Source: Bacteroidota bacterium (GTDB lineage Bacteria > Bacteroidota > Bacteroidia > JABDFU01). From it: a stretch of DNA of 64,000 nt. Below are positions 63,981 through 64,000 of this stretch, piece after piece. The translations under genes were made by a program, and so were the position numbers. The stretch covers positions 3,025 through 67,024 of the forward strand of contig JABDFU010000004.1 in assembly GCA_013286385.1 (NCBI GenBank), written 5' to 3'. Every line of letters begins with the position of its first letter. Within the stretch, counting starts at the first letter, position 1. The notes under the pieces were generated by a model, which saw only the letters and a list, made by a program, of their open reading frames with translations, was not told where the DNA came from and made no database searches.

Positions 63981-64000
63981 TCCTGGGTTAGTTCATTATC

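Overview
Bacteroidota chromosome segment, judged by T9SS cargo proteins, PorP/PorE genes and TAnnTTTG promoters. A core block (about 18.5-49.8 kb) holds prolyl oligopeptidase, ABC-F, rluF, a DEAD helicase, aroC, hutI/ftcd, an ECF sigma factor, a bio operon, trmD, SiaB/SiaC-like genes, serA and yggS. Two accessory regions flank it. Region 1 (about 6.7-18.4 kb) has no integrase and is a mosaic of AT-rich, largely self-promoted genes and gene fragments. It is punctuated by three direct copies of a 300-430 bp non-coding module: promoter, hairpin, boxA-like motif, CTGGAGTGCT direct repeats and, in two copies, the 5' half of tRNA-Gly(GCC). It also has a recurring AGGTAAAATCC 11-mer at gene edges, the 3' end of a group II intron and an IS-end remnant. 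This tRNA-5'-half-anchored array is the best candidate for an undescribed system. Region 2 follows tRNA-Asp (49.9 kb) and has a covarying tandem hairpin repeat, an integrase-like remnant, a deletion scar joining two gene halves, a T9SS type-B cargo/PorP/PorE trio and a C39-peptidase ABC exporter with HlyD. All calls come from reading the sequence by eye; no searches were run.
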